In this document: positions 58,035-64,000 of the stretch, one piece after another
Position numbering within the stretch: the stretch's first letter is position 1
Layout: each line of letters starts with the position of its first letter
From: a virus
Taxonomy: Duplodnaviria > Caudoviricetes
Virus record (IMG/VR): IMGVR_UViG_3300043104_000334
DNA: 64,000 nucleotides
Strand: one strand, 5' to 3'
Program-made: the position numbers and the translations under genes
The notes under the pieces: generated by a model
Told to the model about the DNA's origin: nothing
Database searches by the model: none
The model's input: the letters and a program-made list of their open reading frames with translations, nothing else

Positions 58035-59351
58035 TTAATATAAATCTTCGATAAGTTTTAGCTTAGCATCCTTACGACCAAACTCTGGCTCTGCACTGAT
58101 AGGTAACCATCCATCAACATCATATGATACAATATCAGATAACTCTTTGGCAACTGCATCATACTCATCCTCGTAAATACCGAACATACCAGCATCATGA
58201 ACATAATTGATGATATAAGACTTCTTAGCCTTATTCATTAAGATACGATTAGCCTCGTAAACCGATACACGCATAAGGTCAGCAGCTGTACCCTGAATAG
58301 GATTGTTGATTGCGAGTCTCAACATTTCTTCATCGATACTACCAGCTCTAAGGTTGCCACCAACAAGTTTACTCGAATAGGCAGTATTTATTGGAGTACC
58401 GAATGCAGTCTTGAATACTGTATTACCATGACTGATTTGATCCTTCAATTCATTTGTCCATTCAATTCTTGCTGGATGATTTCCAATGCGTTTTATCATA
58501 GCTGCTTTGATGGGGTCTCCGGTTGGGTTCGACGTTGAACCATACATTACTGCATTACTGTACCTTTTGATAATGTTACGATTCTCTTTCATAGCATCCG
58601 TAATTTCCATCTTGTCAAATACTGTTTTTCCGCTGACGATATCCGACTCAGGCATTGTGATGTAATGTAACAAGCCGAAATAAGCATCATCATACAAGCG
58701 AATAAGCGCCTGTATCTGCGGGTCTTTGATAAATGCAGAATAAACGATACGTGGTTCAATCTGGCCGGAGTCTGTGTGTAATAGTACATACCCCTTTGGC
58801 ACAGTTATAATTTCCTGTATCTCACGAGCAAAATTCTGAATGGCTGGTTTCTTCATAGCAATACGACCAGTATTCTGCTCTGCCCATTCCGGCTTCAAAA
58901 TGAGCATCCTGTGCCCATCACAAGACGGAGAATTGGAAATAGGATTCTGCAGCAATGACACAAGCGTACCTCTCGTCTTTGTGAAATTAGCATACTTCTG
59001 ATACACTCGCAGTAACATCACTGTGTCCTCATTAAGCATACCTGTTTCAACAGCAGAATCGATGGACTTCTTCTCCAGAGATATTCCGGTTTTTGTTTGG
59101 TCAAACACAGATATATCTGCATTGTTAGTAAGCCAGTACCTCATGTTTGCACTGGCATCAATGCCGTTAGGTTTACCAATAACATCGAACAATGGTCCGG
59201 CAACTTTTTCAATCTGCATCTGGAGATAACAGATATTCATCATTACCTTGTCAAAGTCTGCAAACTGTGGCATCATGTTATTGTGCATTCTTAAAGTCCC
59301 CAGGGTTTCCTCAACCCCAGGGATTCTTGTATTATTTGTTATACGAATCAT
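58035..59351 (-). CDS. Family A DNA polymerase, polymerase domain only
   Basis: TGRI...PAIQN, DSGQIEPR (A), R..IK......YG (B), NNPIQGTAAD, VHD (C). Confidence 0.88.
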   Translation of the reverse strand: MIRITNNTRIPGVEETLGTLRMHNNMMPQFADFDKVMMNICYLQMQIEKVAGPLFDVIGKPNGIDASANMRYWLTNNADISVFDQTKTGISLEKKSIDSAVETGMLNEDTVMLLRVYQKYANFTKTRGTLVSLLQNPISNSPSCDGHRMLILKPEWAEQNTGRIAMKKPAIQNFAREIQEIITVPKGYVLLHTDSGQIEPRIVYSAFIKDPQIQALIRLYDDAYFGLLHYITMPESDIVSGKTVFDKMEITDAMKENRNIIKRYSNAVMYGSTSNPTGDPIKAAMIKRIGNHPARIEWTNELKDQISHGNTVFKTAFGTPINTAYSSKLVGGNLRAGSIDEEMLRLAINNPIQGTAADLMRVSVYEANRILMNKAKKSYIINYVHDAGMFGIYEDEYDAVAKELSDIVSYDVDGWLPISAEPEFGRKDAKLKLIEDLY

Positions 59352-59354
59352 GTT

Positions 59355-62300
59355 CTAGACCTCCAGAATAAAGTCTCCATTGATTGCCCGGATGAAGTAC
59401 TTCTTCTCTCCAATCTTTGTAAGGATACCATTGTTTGCAAACTCCATAATCTGCTGTAAGGTAAGCCGTGACACAGCAATCCTGAATAGCGTGTCTCCCT
59501 TAACATTGATATAGTTTCCAGTTACAATGATTGGGATATTGTTTGGCTGAACCTCTCGTATAATATCACGCAACTTCTGAAACTCCTCAAGAGTAATGTT
59601 CGATGTACTAACCTCCTTGAGTGACACCTGCTTTGTCTCGATTGCAAGATTAGAGTTGAGGAAGTTCTTCCACGATACATTCGCAACATCTATAGCATTC
59701 TGACATTTCCTGTCGTCAACTGTAGTATCATTGCTATATACAGGTTCCGTTATTGGAGCTTCTTCGCAGTAAGAGTATGCGAGCGGAGAATAAACAATAT
59801 CCTGCTTGAGCGGGATTGAAATAAGCTTCTTTCCCATTGCATTGGCTTTCTTTCTTTCGAGCGCCCACCGGCGAACATAGGCAAAGATATACTCATGTTC
59901 TGACCTATCCAAATAAGGATACAAATCCTCTACATCTGAATATCCACGCACAAGTTCCTCATACATAAGAATTTCATCAATGTCAGAGCTCGGCAGGAAG
60001 TTATCCCGATAAGATAACTTAAGTGGGTTTACACAGATTGCATGAGAATCATACGCGTTCTGATAGAAACCGGCACCATTCGCCTTATCCAGAGCATTCT
60101 GTTCATAATAGTTCGGGAGCAATGGGTAGGTCTTTACAGAATAACCTTTCTTTGGCTTTACGTGCCACGGGTCAACATTTACATTCACCGCACAAATTAT
60201 AAATGTTCCGGTCACTGTATTTGGATTGTACTCATATTTACAGTAATCATAAACTGTCATATATTTCTTATGAGTATCCTTATTGAATGACCGGACAAAA
60301 TTGTACACATCCACCGGAACCTTAATAATAAGGTTCCTTGAATCATACATGTTGACAGTAACCTGATAATTCCCATCAATTGGTTCTGTCCGAACACCGC
60401 CCGCATAGATGAAGAAGAACAGCTGAGCAGCAACATAGTCAATAGACGCTTCTGCACATCTCTTTTCAGACCAGTTGCTAATCTCACCAAAGTTTGACAA
60501 TGGCTTCGCACTGAACTCAGCAGCCGCAACGGCGTCCTTGACAACCGCATGCATTAAGCGACGAATCTTCATATCATTTTTGCCATTATCAACAACAACC
60601 AGCTCCATTAGGTAAGGACGCTGTTTTTCAATAGGCGCATTAGAGATTTCCCTGAACACCTTTGTGCAATATGCCCATGCCCACGTATTAGCGCTAGCCC
60701 GGTTTTCACGATACTTGGCAAAATCGACAAGATAACCGTTATAAGCATTATCCCGTGTCGTAATGATCGACTTGATATCAATCAGGTCGGATGACTCAAT
60801 ATTGGCAATAAGTTCCTCAGCCTGTGATAGCGTAACATTACTGCCATATTCAGCATAGACCGTAGAGATGATACACTCAACAATAGGGATATAAGACACC
60901 CTAAGGTCATCCATAATTCCATCACCAAATGCATCAATAGAGATGTTCCCGTATAAGCAGTCATGTACGAACAGTAGCTTCGTGTAGTAATCAGCGGCAT
61001 CATACTTCTTATTGGTACGCCCCATAAGCTGGCTTACCTGACTGAGCATTGCTTGGTCTTTAGAATACTTAGCGAAGTAGTCTGTGAATGTGGAGTCAAA
61101 CCCAGGCTGTCCCGGTTCAATCTCTTTTCTCATCATCTGCTCACGCCGGTCTCTAAGGTCATCAATATCAGCAAGTTCAAGGAACGACTCAATACCGTTA
61201 TCTAAATCCTCAATACTGAGATCAAATGCATTAAGGATATACTCCGGGATGTCCTGCAGATACAACTCAAATGCATCACACAAATCGTCTGCCTTGTTGT
61301 CAAGCGCATAACGCTTATTAACCGAGTAACTTGCATTCCGTGTGATAGAGTTTGAAATCATGTCAATGATCGCAACCGGATTCAAGCCGTCATTTCGTAA
61401 GTACTCTGCCGTTGATTCCACCGGAGCTTTCTCTGACTTTGAAGCGATAAGCTGAATTGCCTTGAGTACCGCGAAGTTCCAAATGTAATAGTCATCTGCA
61501 CTCGCTATGATATCGACAGGAAATGCAATACCCGGGAATATAGATGCAAAGGCAAAGTTGGAAGCCGAGTAATAAACTGCACCATTTGTATTACTGTGAG
61601 TAAGACCAAGGTTGACTTTATTATGTGCAACCTTATAGGTGTAAGTATACCCACTCTCAGAAACGAGAGTGATATACAGTCTGTCTGAAACATCACTGTA
61701 AAGAGCGTTTGTTACCGGAGAATATTTCTTACCTGTATCTCTCCGACGGCGAATCTGCAAAAGTTCATCATTCGTAGGGATGAGAATACGCGACCGCTTG
61801 AACTCGACAACATCTGTAATGTCTGTGAAGTTCTCATGAGTCTTCAGATAATGCAGATTGTTCTGAGCATCGACGATAACCATTTTCTTGTCCCGGTTGT
61901 CAAATACATAAGACATAGAGCTTGCACTGCCGAGTGGGTCTCTAGAGAACTTGAACATTCCATCAACATTGAGCTTTGTCTCAACCTTTGTACATTTGTC
62001 TTTGAATCCCTCCGGACCCCAAGCATAGTACGCCGCCAAGAACTCAGCCGTTGTAGGTGTCTTTGTATTAAGTACACCTTTGCTGACGAGCCAGTCTACA
62101 AGCTGCACATAGGAGCCGTAGTTTCTCAGCCGATGTCTCTTAATCATAATATCGAAATACTTTTTGTAATCCGGATTTGCAGCAAGTTCGTCAATAGTAA
62201 ACAATGCTTCCGGATTTACGAAGAAGTTGATAGGACGATTGTCTGCGACGTAGTTCACGTCATAGAACGTCCGCTCCATTGTTTCCAGATAAGCAACAAA

Positions 62301-62672
62301 CTCTTCACGGGTGTTAATCTGGTACACCGGCTCTACCTTGAACTGATATGCTGACTCTTCTCTGAATGTGTAGTACTTTGATGCTTCAACATCGCTAAGC
62401 GCTGATGTAGACGCAATATCGATAGATGCGCCCCACTCAAGCTCGTCAACATCGTCACGACTCATAGATTCGTGTTCACTGATTGGCGTTCCGGTAGGGT
62501 CCTCAATCTGATCTGCTTCATAGCTATAATACTTATAGCCCGCCTGAATCAGCGGGCTCATATACATCTCCAGATAGAGAGCTTTCTTACACATAGGTAA
62601 TTCAAAATTTCCATCTTCGAGCATGTAGCCAACAATTGTACCGTTGTCCACAATTTTCTTTTTTATCTGCAT
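59355..62672 (-). CDS. Large hypothetical protein (1105 aa)
   Basis: Long ORF with AAGGAG RBS, coupled to the polymerase gene; no motif recognised. Confidence 0.8.
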   Translation of the reverse strand: MQIKKKIVDNGTIVGYMLEDGNFELPMCKKALYLEMYMSPLIQAGYKYYSYEADQIEDPTGTPISEHESMSRDDVDELEWGASIDIASTSALSDVEASKYYTFREESAYQFKVEPVYQINTREEFVAYLETMERTFYDVNYVADNRPINFFVNPEALFTIDELAANPDYKKYFDIMIKRHRLRNYGSYVQLVDWLVSKGVLNTKTPTTAEFLAAYYAWGPEGFKDKCTKVETKLNVDGMFKFSRDPLGSASSMSYVFDNRDKKMVIVDAQNNLHYLKTHENFTDITDVVEFKRSRILIPTNDELLQIRRRRDTGKKYSPVTNALYSDVSDRLYITLVSESGYTYTYKVAHNKVNLGLTHSNTNGAVYYSASNFAFASIFPGIAFPVDIIASADDYYIWNFAVLKAIQLIASKSEKAPVESTAEYLRNDGLNPVAIIDMISNSITRNASYSVNKRYALDNKADDLCDAFELYLQDIPEYILNAFDLSIEDLDNGIESFLELADIDDLRDRREQMMRKEIEPGQPGFDSTFTDYFAKYSKDQAMLSQVSQLMGRTNKKYDAADYYTKLLFVHDCLYGNISIDAFGDGIMDDLRVSYIPIVECIISTVYAEYGSNVTLSQAEELIANIESSDLIDIKSIITTRDNAYNGYLVDFAKYRENRASANTWAWAYCTKVFREISNAPIEKQRPYLMELVVVDNGKNDMKIRRLMHAVVKDAVAAAEFSAKPLSNFGEISNWSEKRCAEASIDYVAAQLFFFIYAGGVRTEPIDGNYQVTVNMYDSRNLIIKVPVDVYNFVRSFNKDTHKKYMTVYDYCKYEYNPNTVTGTFIICAVNVNVDPWHVKPKKGYSVKTYPLLPNYYEQNALDKANGAGFYQNAYDSHAICVNPLKLSYRDNFLPSSDIDEILMYEELVRGYSDVEDLYPYLDRSEHEYIFAYVRRWALERKKANAMGKKLISIPLKQDIVYSPLAYSYCEEAPITEPVYSNDTTVDDRKCQNAIDVANVSWKNFLNSNLAIETKQVSLKEVSTSNITLEEFQKLRDIIREVQPNNIPIIVTGNYINVKGDTLFRIAVSRLTLQQIMEFANNGILTKIGEKKYFIRAINGDFILEV

Positions 62673-62804
62673 CTCTTAAATTCTCCTTTATTATCTATGC
62701 ACTTTATGATATACACGGTTAATACAGCATATATCTACTCCCTCAGGGAATAGGGAGCATGGCTTTATTTAGTTACGATAGGGTGTACGTAAGCTAACTA
62801 AATC

Positions 62805-63182
62805 CTAGTTAGCGCCAGAGCCGTCGATCTCGTCTGCTTTCTTAGCAGCTGCAGCGGTCTGAGCACCTGCCTCTTCGGTCGCAGCCTTATTAGCAGCGGT
62901 AGAGGACTCAAGCACCGCAGATACCTGATCGATGTTACTCTTCGCCTTGTCAAGGCGCTCTTTGATTTTTCCGAAAGTCTTTTCGAAGCCGTCAACAACC
63001 TCAAGAAGAGCAGTCTTTGTCTCGGACTCACCGATAACGTCTTCTCCCTTGAGCTGCTGGATAATCGGCATGATCTCTTCATACTTCTCGTCCATAGCGT
63101 TTACTGCGGCAGTGGTCTCATCAATGAGAGCCTGAAGTTGCGCCGCATCATATGCATTTCCTGCACCAGCTTTAAATGCCAT
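62805..63182 (-). CDS. WXG100-like helical-hairpin protein
   Basis: Two long amphipathic helices with a central Gly turn (VIG); no Trp. Confidence 0.45.
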   Translation of the reverse strand: MAFKAGAGNAYDAAQLQALIDETTAAVNAMDEKYEEIMPIIQQLKGEDVIGESETKTALLEVVDGFEKTFGKIKERLDKAKSNIDQVSAVLESSTAANKAATEEAGAQTAAAAKKADEIDGSGAN

Positions 63183-63550
63183 AATAGTTTACCTCCATAA
63201 GATTATTTTTGTTTTACATGTAGTCAGTCTATGACAGAACTGCGCCCGTTGCAGAAGCCTCAGCAAACTGCTCGGAACTTGCAACGATTGCCGCCAGCTG
63301 AGAGCCAGCGTTCTGAACCGGGTCGGTCGTATCCGCAAGAAGATCAGCAGCTTCAAGCAGGTAATTACCGATGGTAACGTTCATGTCAACGCATCCGGTC
63401 ATGTTTCCGATTGATTCAGCCTTACTCTTCATCTCGGTAGAAATGTTTCCGATTTCCTCTCCGAGGTTTTCAAGTCTTGTAGCGAGCGCTGATGCAGCGT
63501 CTCTGTCTACCACGTTCCATTTTACCATAATAGTTTACCTCCATAAGATT
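63179..63550. repeat. Identical 26-bp translation-initiation region at 63179-63204 and 63525-63550
   Basis: ccataatagtttacctccataagatt occurs twice, spanning each RBS and start codon. Confidence 0.9.
63229..63528 (-). CDS. WXG100-like helical-hairpin protein (99 aa)
   Basis: VDRDAASALA start, central MTG turn, about 100 aa. Confidence 0.45.
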   Translation of the reverse strand: MVKWNVVDRDAASALATRLENLGEEIGNISTEMKSKAESIGNMTGCVDMNVTIGNYLLEAADLLADTTDPVQNAGSQLAAIVASSEQFAEASATGAVLS

Positions 63551-63720
63551 TTTGTGTATTAAATGTGTAGTAGCCCTATCCTCTACCACAATTTATATAA
63601 AGTCATAATAGTGACCTCATACCATAAACTTTAATGTACTTATACTTAATAAATTATGTTTAATTCAACCTTTCCTTTCTTTCACGTGTATATGTGAAAG
63701 AAAGGTAGGCATCTTCAGTT

Positions 63721-64000
63721 TTACTTCTTATCATTATCTACTATGAAGTTGTATAACGATAATGGGGACCATCCATCATTACTATAACTCTCAATAAGGA
63801 CGGTTGTTTCACTTGTTGCATAGCCAATTATATCCTTTGTTGAGCCACCGGTAACAGATGCATTAGTTGTTGAACCGATTATAGTATGATGACTATCTTT
63901 ATGGTTCTCCCACGATGTTGTTACATCACTTGTACCGTTAGACGTCACCTGTGATGTTCCTACAGGCCCAGCACAAAACCAATTAGCAACATTGCTAAAA
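63721..64000 (-). CDS. C-terminal end of a Thr/Gly-rich protein continuing beyond the window
   Basis: Reading frame open to the window edge. Confidence 0.5.
   Translation of the reverse strand, partial: FSNVANWFCAGPVGTSQVTSNGTSDVTTSWENHKDSHHTIIGSTTNASVTGGSTKDIIGYATSETTVLIESYSNDGWSPLSLYNFIVDNDKK

Noticed and set aside
105-63562. Other + strand and nested short ORFs in the track
   Set aside because: Nearly all overlap better-supported minus-strand genes and show no motifs.
1-64000. Stop-codon recoding (TAG or TGA)
   Set aside because: Known-family genes are full length in code 11, and TAG/TGA stops abut the next starts.
1-64000. Retron, DGR, group II intron or IS element
   Set aside because: No reverse transcriptase, transposase or integrase motifs recognised.

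Overview
AT-rich window in which essentially every credible gene lies on the minus strand. It has no ribosomal or core metabolic genes and many orphan ORFs. It most likely comes from a very large phage or giant extrachromosomal element of a Clostridia/Lachnospiraceae-type host (inferred from the HPr-like, PspA and HD-GYP families and strong GGAGG RBSs); no capsid, terminase, relaxase or integrase is recognisable here. Replication and repair genes: a polymerase-domain-only family A polymerase, separate 5'-3' and DEDDh exonucleases, DnaX-like clamp loader, clamp-sized protein, TOPRIM primase core, UvrD, RNase H, SbcD and an SbcC split into two genes. Host-manipulation genes: tmRNA, GreA-like, alpha-CTD fusion, HPr-like, PspA, HD-GYP, PilZ, PilB-type ATPase, Fic, NADAR, SLOG, FtsK domain and a WXG100-like pair. 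The most unusual signals are four: (1) a shared N-terminal [EDQ]-L-[LMF]-x-[AS]-A-type peptide on about nine mostly unrelated proteins, a possible targeting signal; (2) a ~1.2 kb non-coding array of back-to-back hairpins, nine of them closed by a UNUUAA loop, a candidate decoy or sponge RNA; (3) a 147-nt tRNA-like RNA with an intact acceptor stem and T-arm but two enlarged arms; (4) five copies of a bipartite TCTGAAA-N18-CATAT promoter-like motif. All family assignments are from motifs read by eye; no database searches were run.
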